The notes: generated from the letters alone by a model not told the origin. A stretch of 64,000 bases of DNA from an uncultured Mucilaginibacter sp. (GCF_903893715.1 NZ_CAITNG010000094.1:28560-92559); one strand, 5' to 3'. Positions 10,100-19,327 are shown, counted from the first letter of the stretch. Numbers and translations are program-made.

Positions 10100-11986
10100 A
10101 TGTCAACATTAGCAGTTCACGATCATGGGGTTGAAAGTCATGATCACGATCACGAACATCATCACCACGATACTTTTTTAACTAAATACGTATTTAGTCA
10201 GGATCATAAAATGATCGCCAAACAATTCCTGATTACAGGGATTACCATGGCGTTTATTGCGATGACATTGTCTATCCTCTTCCGTATACAGTTGGCTTAT
10301 CCCGATAAAACATTCCCTTTATTGCACACCCTGTTGGGGCGTTTTGCTCCGGAAGGCCGCATCGACCCTAACTTTTACATGTCGCTGGTTACCATACACG
10401 GTACCATCATGGTGTTCTTTGTATTAACGGCCGGTTTGAGCGGTACTTTTAGTAACCTGCTCATCCCATTGCAATTAGGCGCAAGGGATATGGCATCGCC
10501 ATTTTTAAACATGCTTTCGTACTGGGCGTTCTTTTTGGCCAGTGTGATCATGCTATCCTCATTCTTTGTACAAAAAGGTCCTGCAAGCGGTGGCTGGACT
10601 ATTTATCCTCCCTTATCAGCATTGCCAAAAGCTATGCCGGGTTCGGGCGAAGGTATGACCCTATGGCTCATCAGTATGGTATTGTTCGTAGCATCATCGC
10701 TAATGGGTGGTATCAACTATGTAAGTACTGTATTGAACATGCGTACCAAAGGCATGGACCTTTGGAAAATGCCATTGACCATCTGGGCGTTCTTTTTAAC
10801 AGCTATATTAGGAGTATTGTCTTTCCCGGTATTGGTTGCTGGTGTAGTATTGCTGATATTCGACCGTAGTTTTGGTACAAGTTTCTACCTGTCCGAAATT
10901 GTTGTTCAAGGGCAGGTAATGCCTTTCGAAGGTGGTAGTCCGATATTGTTCGAACACTTATTCTGGTTCCTGGGCCACCCCGAAGTATACATCGTAATTA
11001 TGCCTGCATTGGGTATATCATCCGAAATTATCTCGACCAACTCGCGTAAGCCGATTTTTGGTTATCATGCCATGGTTTACTCGTTGATCGGTATATCGGT
11101 TCTATCGTTCATAGTATGGGGGCACCACATGTTTGTTACGGGTATGAACCCGTTCCTGGGCGGTGTGTTCATGATAACGACCCTGATCATCGCGGTACCA
11201 TCGGCTGTAAAAACATTCAACTATTTGGCTACCCTGTGGCGCGGTAACATCAGGTTTACGCCTGCCATGCTATTCGCAATCGGTTTGGTGTCATTCTTTA
11301 TATCCGGTGGTTTAACCGGTCTGTTTTTAGGTAACGCCGCTTTGGACATTAACCTGCACGATACTTACTTTGTGGTTGCCCACTTCCACCTGGTAATGGG
11401 TTCGGCTGCTATATTTGGTATGTTGGCCGGTGTTTACCATTGGTTCCCTAAAATGTTTGGTCGTTTAATGGACGAAAAATTGGGATACCTGCACTTCTGG
11501 TTAACCTTTATAGGTGCTTACCTGGTGTTCTTCCCGATGCACTTTATGGGCCTTGATGGCGTGCCACGTAGATATTATGCCTTTACGGAGTTCCCGTCGA
11601 TGGCACGCTGGTTGTCGGTTAACGTATTTATCACATGGGCAGCAATCATGTCGGGAGTGGCACAAATAGCTTTCCTGTTCAACTTTGTTTATTCGATATT
11701 CTGGGGTAAAAAAACAACGCAAAACCCATGGGGTTCGAATACTTTGGAATGGACAGCCCCTGTAGAGCATTTACATGGGAACTGGCCGGGCGAAATACCA
11801 ACCGTTTACCGTTGGCCTTACGATTACAGCAAGCCGGGACATCATGAAGATTTTATCCCTCAAACCGTACCCTATTCGGAAACAATGAGTTCGAATTTGT
11901 CGCACGATTTTGAGGATAACGAGGCCGGTCTGGAGGCATTCAAAAAATGGCAAATAGCCAATCCGCCCCGCGAAGAAGTAAAATAA
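10100..11986 (+). CDS. ctaD: Cytochrome c oxidase subunit I, A1-type heme-copper oxidase
   Basis: HGTIM, GHPEVY, WGHHM and LHDTYFVVAHFH motifs; D-channel Asp (ARDMA) and K-channel Lys (PSAVK) retained. Confidence 0.96.
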   Translation: MSTLAVHDHGVESHDHDHEHHHHDTFLTKYVFSQDHKMIAKQFLITGITMAFIAMTLSILFRIQLAYPDKTFPLLHTLLGRFAPEGRIDPNFYMSLVTIHGTIMVFFVLTAGLSGTFSNLLIPLQLGARDMASPFLNMLSYWAFFLASVIMLSSFFVQKGPASGGWTIYPPLSALPKAMPGSGEGMTLWLISMVLFVASSLMGGINYVSTVLNMRTKGMDLWKMPLTIWAFFLTAILGVLSFPVLVAGVVLLIFDRSFGTSFYLSEIVVQGQVMPFEGGSPILFEHLFWFLGHPEVYIVIMPALGISSEIISTNSRKPIFGYHAMVYSLIGISVLSFIVWGHHMFVTGMNPFLGGVFMITTLIIAVPSAVKTFNYLATLWRGNIRFTPAMLFAIGLVSFFISGGLTGLFLGNAALDINLHDTYFVVAHFHLVMGSAAIFGMLAGVYHWFPKMFGRLMDEKLGYLHFWLTFIGAYLVFFPMHFMGLDGVPRRYYAFTEFPSMARWLSVNVFITWAAIMSGVAQIAFLFNFVYSIFWGKKTTQNPWGSNTLEWTAPVEHLHGNWPGEIPTVYRWPYDYSKPGHHEDFIPQTVPYSETMSSNLSHDFEDNEAGLEAFKKWQIANPPREEVK

Positions 11987-12005
11987 CATAACAATAATCT
12001 GATTT

Positions 12006-12057
12006 TTTGGGGTATCTGGCCAAGGATGTATTTCCTGAACAGGTACCCCAAATTTTT
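12006..12057 (+). terminator. Intra-operon stem-loop followed by a U-run (leaky terminator or mRNA-stabilising hairpin)
   Basis: 13-bp stem 12006-12018/12040-12052 with one G-U pair, inner AGGA/TCCT stem, then TTTTT at 12053-12057. Confidence 0.45.
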
Positions 12058-12069
12058 AGAAAGGACCTG

Positions 12070-13134
12070 ATGAATATATCGCCCGAGAAAAAGAGGTTTC
12101 AAAAAGTCAATCTGCTCACTATTTTATCGCTGTTTGTATTGATACTTGCAGGCGGTGTAGTACGAAGTACAGGTTCGGGAATGGGCTGCCCCGATTGGCC
12201 GAAGTGCTTTGACCAATACGTACCACCAACCGATGCATCGCAAATACCCAAAGATTACAAGGAGAAATACGTAGCAAAAAGGGTAGCTAAAAACCTGCGT
12301 TTTGCGCATACGCTCGATGTATTTGGCTTTACCGATTTGGCCCTTCGTATCCGTAACGACAAATCAATTTTAGTACCCGAAGATTTTAACGCTGCCCGCA
12401 CCTGGACCGAGTACATCAACCGCTTGATGGGCGTAACATCGGGTATATTTTTATTGCTTACGGCCTATTTCTCGTTCACATATTTTAAACAAAAAAAACG
12501 CATCGTTTTTGCCAGCGTCGGCAATATCTTCCTTGTTGGTTTTCAGGGATGGCTGGGTGGTATCGTGGTATCTACCAACTTGGTGGAGTGGATAGTTACC
12601 GTGCATATGCTGCTTGCTTTGGCTATACTGGCTTTAAGCATATACACCTACTATGCCGCAAACATTGCGGGTAACAGTGTGCCTGTTAAAACTCAAGGTA
12701 TAGTACGTTTTGTGGCAGTGATCGTGTTGCTATTAAGCATTGTGCAAATCACCATCGGCACGGGTGTGCGCGAGGTAATTGATACTGTTTCGGGCAGGCT
12801 GCAAGGTCAGGGTCGCGATACCTGGATAACCGAAGCCGGAAATATTTTTAACAACCACCGCAATTTGGCCATTTGGGTAATGATAGCCAATGTGGTGTTG
12901 TATGCTTTGATACGCCGGGGTTTTAGTCGCCATTCGGTGCAGCAACAGGTAATGAGTTTCAGCTTTTTAGCTATTATGTTGCAAATTGTATCGGGTGTTG
13001 TTTTGGAGCACCTCAGTTTGCCGCCCGCTGCGCAAGCCATACATATTATTTTGGCAAGCTTGCTTTTTGGGGCGCAGTTTTACCTGTTGCTTAATTTATG
13101 GCGCAGCGCTAAAGTTTGGGGGGAACCGGCATGA
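12070..13134 (+). CDS. ctaA: Heme A synthase (COX15/CtaA family)
   Basis: VRSTGSGMGCPDWPKC, WTEYINR, VTVHM; multiple TM helices. ATG 12070 is preferred over the 12007 start, which lies inside the hairpin. Confidence 0.9.
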   Translation: MNISPEKKRFQKVNLLTILSLFVLILAGGVVRSTGSGMGCPDWPKCFDQYVPPTDASQIPKDYKEKYVAKRVAKNLRFAHTLDVFGFTDLALRIRNDKSILVPEDFNAARTWTEYINRLMGVTSGIFLLLTAYFSFTYFKQKKRIVFASVGNIFLVGFQGWLGGIVVSTNLVEWIVTVHMLLALAILALSIYTYYAANIAGNSVPVKTQGIVRFVAVIVLLLSIVQITIGTGVREVIDTVSGRLQGQGRDTWITEAGNIFNNHRNLAIWVMIANVVLYALIRRGFSRHSVQQQVMSFSFLAIMLQIVSGVVLEHLSLPPAAQAIHIILASLLFGAQFYLLLNLWRSAKVWGEPA

Positions 13135-13997
13135 AGTTGAGCGATTTTTCTAAACTCATTAAATTCCGGTTGACCTTTTTGGTGGTCTTTTCGGCATCTA
13201 TATCCTTTTTGATAGGAAGCAAAGTAAACGGCGTTATCGAATGGAAAAGCTGGGGTATGTTGATTGCCGGAGGTTTTTTGGTTACAGCCGCTGCCAATTG
13301 TTTTAACGAGATGATAGAAAAAGACCTCGACAAGCTGATGAAACGCACCGCCGACAGGCCCCTCCCTTCCGGCCGCATGATGACCGGGCAGGCATTGGTC
13401 TTAGGTTTGCTGATGGGTATATCTGGCACGGCAATGTTGTTCAACCTCAACCCAACCGCAGGGTACTTGGCTATCTTTTCGATATTTTTATATGCCTTTG
13501 CTTATACCCCTTTAAAACGTAAATCGCCTATCGCAGTGTTTGTTGGCGCAATACCCGGCGCATTACCGCCACTAATTGGTTATGTTGCCGCCCATCCAAA
13601 AATTGATGAGATAGCACTGGTATTGTTCGGTATACAGTTTGTATGGCAGTTCCCGCATTTTTGGGCTATTGCCTGGGTGCTGGACGATGATTATAAACTG
13701 GCCGGGTTCAGGTTGTTGCCAACAGGTAAAAGAAACCTGGTGAGCGCTATAATAACTTTTATAATTACCGTAATTTTGGTGCCGGTAAGCCTGTTGCCAA
13801 CGTTCATGGGATTCGGCGGTTATGTAATAGGCGGTGTTTCGCTGATAAGCAGTTTGCTATTTTTATACCTCGCGTTTAATTTAATGCGCACTTTGGAAAT
13901 CCAATCGGCAAAAAAACTGATGTACGGTTCATTCTTCTATTTACCGTTGGTACAACTGGTTTTACTGTTCGATTTTATGGGGAAAATTAAATCATGA
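13131..13997 (+). CDS. cyoE: Heme O synthase (protoheme IX farnesyltransferase)
   Basis: NEMIEKDLDKLMKRTADRPLPSGR, YTPLKR, GAIPGALPPLIG and WQFPHFWAI motifs; ATGA overlap with the ctaA stop. Confidence 0.95.
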   Translation: MKLSDFSKLIKFRLTFLVVFSASISFLIGSKVNGVIEWKSWGMLIAGGFLVTAAANCFNEMIEKDLDKLMKRTADRPLPSGRMMTGQALVLGLLMGISGTAMLFNLNPTAGYLAIFSIFLYAFAYTPLKRKSPIAVFVGAIPGALPPLIGYVAAHPKIDEIALVLFGIQFVWQFPHFWAIAWVLDDDYKLAGFRLLPTGKRNLVSAIITFIITVILVPVSLLPTFMGFGGYVIGGVSLISSLLFLYLAFNLMRTLEIQSAKKLMYGSFFYLPLVQLVLLFDFMGKIKS

Positions 13998-14575
13998 TTA
14001 TGGCTCAAATACAACAAGAAGACAAGCTTGACCTTGCGCCCAAAAAATTTAACATGTGGTTATTCATCTTCACCTCATTTATGTTTTTTGCGGCCTTAAC
14101 CAGCGGCTTTATCGTTTACTCGGGCGGGTCGGGCAAGGGGATCAAAATTATCCTGCCTCATGCCTTTATGTATAGCACCGCCGTCATCATTATCAGCAGT
14201 GTTACGTTGTTCATTGCATCGCGGGCAGCCAAACAATTGCAGTTTGAAAAGCAACGGCTCTTTTTATGGCTAACGGCTATATTGGGCATCGCTTTTTTGG
14301 CCATACAGATATACGCATGGGTTCTTTTGGTGAATATGAAGGTATACCTGGTAAACAGCAATGCCTCGCAAAGCTTTATTTACATGTTTACAGGGATGCA
14401 CCTTTTGCATGTTATTGCAGGCCTTGGTTTGTTGTTTCGTGCCCTTTCGGGGAGTTATAAGAACATTCCGCAGGTTAAAAATCTGTTCCGCATGGAGTTT
14501 GCCGGTATTTTTTGGCATTTTATTGATATTATATGGATTTATCTCTATGTTTTTTTACTTTTGAACCAATACTAA
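13994..14575 (+). CDS. ctaE: Cytochrome c oxidase subunit III-like protein (first of two)
   Basis: FTSFMFFAALTS, SSVTL, FTGMHLLHV and FWHFIDIIW motifs. Confidence 0.9.
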   Translation: MIMAQIQQEDKLDLAPKKFNMWLFIFTSFMFFAALTSGFIVYSGGSGKGIKIILPHAFMYSTAVIIISSVTLFIASRAAKQLQFEKQRLFLWLTAILGIAFLAIQIYAWVLLVNMKVYLVNSNASQSFIYMFTGMHLLHVIAGLGLLFRALSGSYKNIPQVKNLFRMEFAGIFWHFIDIIWIYLYVFLLLNQY

Positions 14576-14594
14576 AAATTACAAACTAATTGCA

Positions 14595-15311
14595 ATGAGT
14601 ACAGCAGTTTCAGAAATCGACGAAGTTAAAACAACTCCATGGGCCGGCGGACATTCTCCGTTTAACGTGGAATACGGAAAGATCATGATGTGGTTTTTCC
14701 TGTTATCAGATGCCTTTACCTTTTCGTCGCTATTAATAGCATACGGTGCGCTACGTTTCAGTTCGAACGCGTGGCCTGCTGCCGATAAAATTTTCCAATC
14801 TGTACCTTTTGTAGTTGACAAAGGCTATCCGCTGGTTTTTGTTGGTATCATGACGTTTATCCTCATCATGAGCTCGGTAACCATGGTATTAGCCGTTGAA
14901 GCCGGCCACCGTAATGCCAAGAAAGAAGTAGCCTGGTGGATGGTGGCAACCATCATTGGTGGTTTTATGTTTCTGGGGTGCCAGGCTGCCGAATGGACGC
15001 ACCTACATGGCGAAGGGTTTTGGTGGGGAAGTATCCCTAATATGGAAAAACTGAAAGAGTTTTTTGAAGGGCAGGCGGTTGTTTCTACTGCTTATTCGCA
15101 ACAATTTGCAAACTTATTCTTCACCATCACAGGTTTCCATGGTTTCCACGTATTTAGCGGGGTTATCATCAATATCGTTATCCTTATCAATGTGTTAAAA
15201 GGCACATATGAAAAACGCGGGAGCTACTTGATGGTCGAAAAAGTGGGCTTGTACTGGCACTTTGTAGATCTTGTTTGGGTATTCGTATTTACATTCTTCT
15301 ATTTAGTTTAA
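14595..15311 (+). CDS. Cytochrome c oxidase subunit III-like protein (second of two)
   Basis: YGKIMMWFFLLSDAFTF, FFTITGFHGFHV and GLYWHFVDLVW motifs. Confidence 0.9.
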   Translation: MSTAVSEIDEVKTTPWAGGHSPFNVEYGKIMMWFFLLSDAFTFSSLLIAYGALRFSSNAWPAADKIFQSVPFVVDKGYPLVFVGIMTFILIMSSVTMVLAVEAGHRNAKKEVAWWMVATIIGGFMFLGCQAAEWTHLHGEGFWWGSIPNMEKLKEFFEGQAVVSTAYSQQFANLFFTITGFHGFHVFSGVIINIVILINVLKGTYEKRGSYLMVEKVGLYWHFVDLVWVFVFTFFYLV

Positions 15312-15332
15312 TTTATTAATCTGATTTTATTT

Positions 15333-15683
15333 ATGTCATCAGAAGCAGCACATACACACGCCGAGGGCGAAGTTCACGAAGAAACAATGACCAAATCAAA
15401 AATTTGGAATGTATTCTTCATCTTATTGGGTATTACGGCGGTAGAGTTTATCATCGCTTTGTACCTGGTGCCGCACGGTATTTTTACATACCATGCCGCT
15501 AACCCTATCTATATTGTTTTAACATTAGCTAAAGCGTTTTTTATTGTAGCCTACTTTATGCACTTAAAATTCGAAAAAGTAGCGCTCATCTATACCATCA
15601 TCGTACCGATACTGTTCATTATCGGTTTGATTTTGGTATTGACCAACGAAAGCCATCATTGGATAGACGTTTGGAGGCCATAA
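15333..15683 (+). CDS. Cytochrome c oxidase subunit IV family protein
   Basis: LTLAKAFFIVAYFMHLKFE motif; three TM helices. Confidence 0.88.
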   Translation: MSSEAAHTHAEGEVHEETMTKSKIWNVFFILLGITAVEFIIALYLVPHGIFTYHAANPIYIVLTLAKAFFIVAYFMHLKFEKVALIYTIIVPILFIIGLILVLTNESHHWIDVWRP

Positions 15684-15694
15684 TTGGTTAATCA

Positions 15695-16402
15695 ATGAAA
15701 CCATCGCGGGCAATTGCTGCGCTAAAAAAGATTATAGTCCTGGTATTGATATTAGCAGTACCGGCATTTTTATATTATTTACTCACCGTTAAAGGTAAAA
15801 ACCGCTATAAACCGCTGCCTGTTTACGGGCCAAAAGCGGTGGCTAAAACCTTTCACAAATTTCACGGGCAGGTAATATACGATACCATTTACCACACCAT
15901 TCCTGATTTTACGCTGACAGACCAAAACGGTAAAAAGGTTAACTTTGAAACTCTGAAAGGTAAGATACTTGTGGTGAGCTTTTTTTATACGCATGGCCCG
16001 CAGATGTGTGATAATGTGAACCGGAACATCGATTCACTGACAAAGGATTACGCGAAAAACAAATTGCTGCGCTTTGTATCCATCACCATCGACCCGCTAC
16101 GCGATGGTGTGCCGGTAATCAGTAATTACGCCACCCGTTTAAAAGCCGACCCGGAGCATTGGAAGTTTTTAACCGGCGATACAACACAGGTTTATAACCT
16201 GGCACGCAACGGTTTATTAGTGAATGAATTTAAAACGGGCGACGATTTTATATATAGCGATAAAGTGGTGTTAGTTGATGCCGACAGACGGATTAGAGGT
16301 TATTATTCGGGCACATCGATAACCGACATGCTGCGGCTCAGCGACGAAATAAAAGTGCAAATAGCCGAAGAGTTGCGGAAGGTGAAAGCCCCCGAAATGT
16401 AA
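15695..16402 (+). CDS. SCO1/SenC-family protein with a degenerate copper-binding motif
   Basis: N-terminal TM anchor; PDFTLTDQNG, VSITIDP.RD, WKFLTGD, LVD...IRGYY. The CxxxC motif reads GPQMC and the distal His position is Tyr. Confidence 0.85.
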   Translation: MKPSRAIAALKKIIVLVLILAVPAFLYYLLTVKGKNRYKPLPVYGPKAVAKTFHKFHGQVIYDTIYHTIPDFTLTDQNGKKVNFETLKGKILVVSFFYTHGPQMCDNVNRNIDSLTKDYAKNKLLRFVSITIDPLRDGVPVISNYATRLKADPEHWKFLTGDTTQVYNLARNGLLVNEFKTGDDFIYSDKVVLVDADRRIRGYYSGTSITDMLRLSDEIKVQIAEELRKVKAPEM

Positions 16403-16424
16403 TAGACACGTTTACAATTTTTTT

Positions 16425-16997
16425 ATGACAGATAAATTTATTTTTCGTTTTGTGGCGGGCATATCCGTCTTCGTTTTTTTAGTGGTTTTAATATTGAACC
16501 GTAAAATCATCCCCGCACCGGCGGTGTTGCCTTCGTTTACCTACTTTTTGCCCAAACTCAATGCCATATTGAATGGTACCTGCAGTATTTTATTGCTGAT
16601 ATCGCTCTATTTTATCATGCAGAAAAACATTGCCATGCACAAACGGGTAAATATATTGGCTTTTATCTTGTCGTCGTTGTTTCTGGTATCGTACATTCTT
16701 TTCCATTACCTGGCCCCCGAAACCAGATATGGTGACCTGGACGGTGATGGCGTGTTATCGGCCTCCGAGATTGATGCGGCAGGGTTTATGCGATATTTTT
16801 ATTATGTTATCCTCATTTCACACATCATACTGGCTGCCGCCGTATTGCCTTTGATTTTACTGAGCTTTTATCGCGGTCTGCAAATGCAGGTAGAAAAGCA
16901 TAAAAAGCTGGTGCATTGGGCATATCCCATTTGGTTGTATGTTACCGTAACTGGTGTAATTGTGTATCTGATGATATCACCCTATTATCATTTTTAA
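16425..16997 (+). CDS. DUF420 family membrane protein
   Basis: LPKLNAILNG, ILISHIILA and HKKLVHWAYPIWLYVTVTGVIVY motifs; usual position at the end of cox clusters. Confidence 0.88.
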   Translation: MTDKFIFRFVAGISVFVFLVVLILNRKIIPAPAVLPSFTYFLPKLNAILNGTCSILLLISLYFIMQKNIAMHKRVNILAFILSSLFLVSYILFHYLAPETRYGDLDGDGVLSASEIDAAGFMRYFYYVILISHIILAAAVLPLILLSFYRGLQMQVEKHKKLVHWAYPIWLYVTVTGVIVYLMISPYYHF

Positions 16998-17009
16998 CTT
17001 TAATTTGAG

Positions 17010-17017
17010 TAAATTTG
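17010..17017 (+). promoter_or_regulatory. -7 promoter element (TAAATTTG)
   Basis: Matches TAnnTTTG; 4 nt before ATG 17022. Confidence 0.45.
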
Positions 17018-17021
17018 CCCT

Positions 17022-17297
17022 ATGAAATTGCTAAGGATATTGGTGCTTTTTGTAGTATTCGCCATTGTGGTATCGGGCGCTTTACCTGCAATGGCGCAGT
17101 GTTCGGTATGCTCAACCAATGTGGCTACCAACGCTCATAGCGGCGCTAACACAACTAAAGGCTTAAACAATGGTATTGTTTACCTGCTTGCGGCACCTTA
17201 CCTTGCAGTAGGTGCTATTGGCTTTTTATGGTACAAAAAATACCGCCGTAAAAATGTGAGCCTTAACATGCGCAACGACAAGATACATCTGAATTAA
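17022..17297 (+). CDS. Small exported/membrane protein with a CxxC motif (hypothetical)
   Basis: Signal peptide ending AMA-Q, then QCSVC, GLNNGIVYLLAAPY, a TM helix and a basic tail. Confidence 0.75.
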   Translation: MKLLRILVLFVVFAIVVSGALPAMAQCSVCSTNVATNAHSGANTTKGLNNGIVYLLAAPYLAVGAIGFLWYKKYRRKNVSLNMRNDKIHLN

Positions 17298-17334
17298 AAC
17301 ATCCCGGTATACCCCGGACAGTAATACATATAAA

Positions 17335-17742
17335 ATGCCCCAAACTCCGAAATCATGGGCTATGCTCCATTGCAAATGCCCCCGCTGCCGCCGCGGCGAT
17401 ATGTTTAAGGGCGGCATGTACAGTTTCGGCACCAATAAAATAAACGAGAACTGCCCGCATTGCAACATGAAGTTCGAGATTGAGCCGGGCTATTTTTACG
17501 CAGCTATGTATGTAAGCTACGCGCTGAATGTAATGTATGCCGGAATATTATGGACGCTTACCTACCAGATAACCCATAACACCACTTCGCCCTGGTTGTA
17601 CATCGGTGTAATTTTGGGTGGATGTTTTATATTGGCCCCTGTTTCGTTCAGGTATTCGCGGGTGTTTTTGTTATACTGGCTATCGCCCAAAGTGCACTAT
17701 AACCCAAGTTTAGATACCGATGATTCAATCAGCCACACTTGA
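17335..17742 (+). CDS. DUF983 domain protein
   Basis: CKCPRCRRGDMF, CPHC...FEIEPGYFYAAMYVSYA; two TM helices. Confidence 0.85.
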   Translation: MPQTPKSWAMLHCKCPRCRRGDMFKGGMYSFGTNKINENCPHCNMKFEIEPGYFYAAMYVSYALNVMYAGILWTLTYQITHNTTSPWLYIGVILGGCFILAPVSFRYSRVFLLYWLSPKVHYNPSLDTDDSISHT

Positions 17743-18382
17743 TTTTTTAAAAGATCTGGCCGAGAATAATAACCGCGAGTGGTTTGCCGATAATAAAGCC
17801 CGGTTTGATAAAGCCAAAGACAATGTTGTTGACTTTACAGCCGAGCTGATCAAAGAACTAAAAGCGATCAATCCGGCTTTATCTACAGACATCGACCCCA
17901 AAAAATGTGTGATGCGGATATACCGCGACATCCGGTTCAGTCTCGATAAAACACCCTACAAAAACAACTTCGGGATAGGCAAACTTCAACCGGGCAATAA
18001 AAGCGAAAACATCGGCTTTTATGTACAAGTACAACCCGGCCGCTGCCTGGCTGGTGGTGGATATTGGATGCCGGAAGCTGCCGATCTCAAAGCCATCAGG
18101 CAGGAAATTGATTATAATGCCGAAGAGCTAAAAAAAATAATCGATGCGCCCGCGTTTAAAAAACTGTTTGGTGAGTTTCGCGATCAGGAGCAGTTAAAGA
18201 CCTTGCCCCGTGACTATGATGCCGATAACGAAAATATCAGCCTGCTAAAATTAAAAAGCTTTGCAGCATTACATATAATTTCGGATGAAGATATGATGAA
18301 AAAGGATTCGCCAAAGCTGGTGGCTGGCGTGTTAGCTAATATTTATCCGCTAACGGTGTTTTTAAATAGTGCAATTGTTTAA
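17720..18382 (+). CDS. DUF2461 (TIGR02453) family protein
   Basis: FLKDLAENNNREWF, RIYRDIRFSLDKTPYK and GGGYWMP motifs. Confidence 0.9.
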   Translation: MIQSATLDFLKDLAENNNREWFADNKARFDKAKDNVVDFTAELIKELKAINPALSTDIDPKKCVMRIYRDIRFSLDKTPYKNNFGIGKLQPGNKSENIGFYVQVQPGRCLAGGGYWMPEAADLKAIRQEIDYNAEELKKIIDAPAFKKLFGEFRDQEQLKTLPRDYDADNENISLLKLKSFAALHIISDEDMMKKDSPKLVAGVLANIYPLTVFLNSAIV

Positions 18383-18453
18383 CTTTAGTGTCAACTAAAA
18401 CCATCGCCGCCTAAAGATGTTAATTTTTAAACGGCACACAATATTAACAGTAT

Positions 18454-19323
18454 ATGAAATTTAAACACGTATTACTTTTAGCGCTCCTCTGCGCCACTTT
18501 ACACTCTTGCCAGATACTATCCAACAAAAAATATAAAGCGCTGCTTGCCACACAAGATTCGCTGCGTAACCGCACCGTTTCCTTAGAAGACCAGGTGGCA
18601 AAACTACAGGCCGACACCGCCAGGCTACACCGGCAGATAGCTGACCTGAAAGGCAATATTGATGCGCTGAACGGAAAGATAGCCGACCAAAATGCCAAAT
18701 ACGCCGACTTAGACAAAAAATACACCGATCTGAACAGCACCTATAATACTACCACCAGCAAAGTGAGTCAGCTATCCAGCGACCTGCAAAAGCGCGAAGC
18801 CCGTTTAAAGGAAGTGGAAGAGATTTTGCGTAAACGCGATGAGGCGACCAATGCGTTAAAAGAAAAACTACAGGCAGCCTTGTTAGGCTTCCAGGAAAAA
18901 GGCTTAACGGTGGATATCCGTAACGGAAAGGTGTATGTTTCGTTGACCGATAAGCTGTTGTTCCCATCAGGTAGTATAACCATCGACGAGAAAGGCAAAG
19001 CCGCACTCAAACAACTGGCTGTGGTGCTCAATAAGGAAACTGACATCAATATTTCGGTAGAGGGGCATACCGACAATAAAAAGGTGGTGAGCCTTGGTCA
19101 GATAAAAGATAACTGGGATTTGAGCGTATTGCGCGCTACCTCAGTAACACGTTACCTAACCGAGGTGGAGAATGTCGCCCCCGAGCGTTTAACCGCAACG
19201 GGCAAAGGGCAGTATCAGCCAATAGATACCGGAACCACGGCAGATGCCCTTGCCAAAAACCGGAGGATAGAGATTGTGCTCTCGCCAAAGCTCGACGAGT
19301 TGTATAACCTCATTTCAAAATAA
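18454..19323 (+). CDS. OmpA/MotB-family lipoprotein with a long coiled coil
   Basis: Lipobox LHSC, heptad-rich segment, VEGHTDN, NWDLSVLRATSV and KNRRIEIVL. Confidence 0.88.
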   Translation: MKFKHVLLLALLCATLHSCQILSNKKYKALLATQDSLRNRTVSLEDQVAKLQADTARLHRQIADLKGNIDALNGKIADQNAKYADLDKKYTDLNSTYNTTTSKVSQLSSDLQKREARLKEVEEILRKRDEATNALKEKLQAALLGFQEKGLTVDIRNGKVYVSLTDKLLFPSGSITIDEKGKAALKQLAVVLNKETDINISVEGHTDNKKVVSLGQIKDNWDLSVLRATSVTRYLTEVENVAPERLTATGKGQYQPIDTGTTADALAKNRRIEIVLSPKLDELYNLISK

Positions 19324-19327
19324 ATTT

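Noticed and set aside
13994-15311. Two tandem subunit-III genes as a possible recent duplication
   Set aside because: They are highly divergent, and paired subunit-III-like genes are the usual Bacteroidota arrangement.
18540-18900. Repetitive coiled-coil segment of the OmpA/MotB protein
   Set aside because: Ordinary heptad pattern; no DNA-level repeat.
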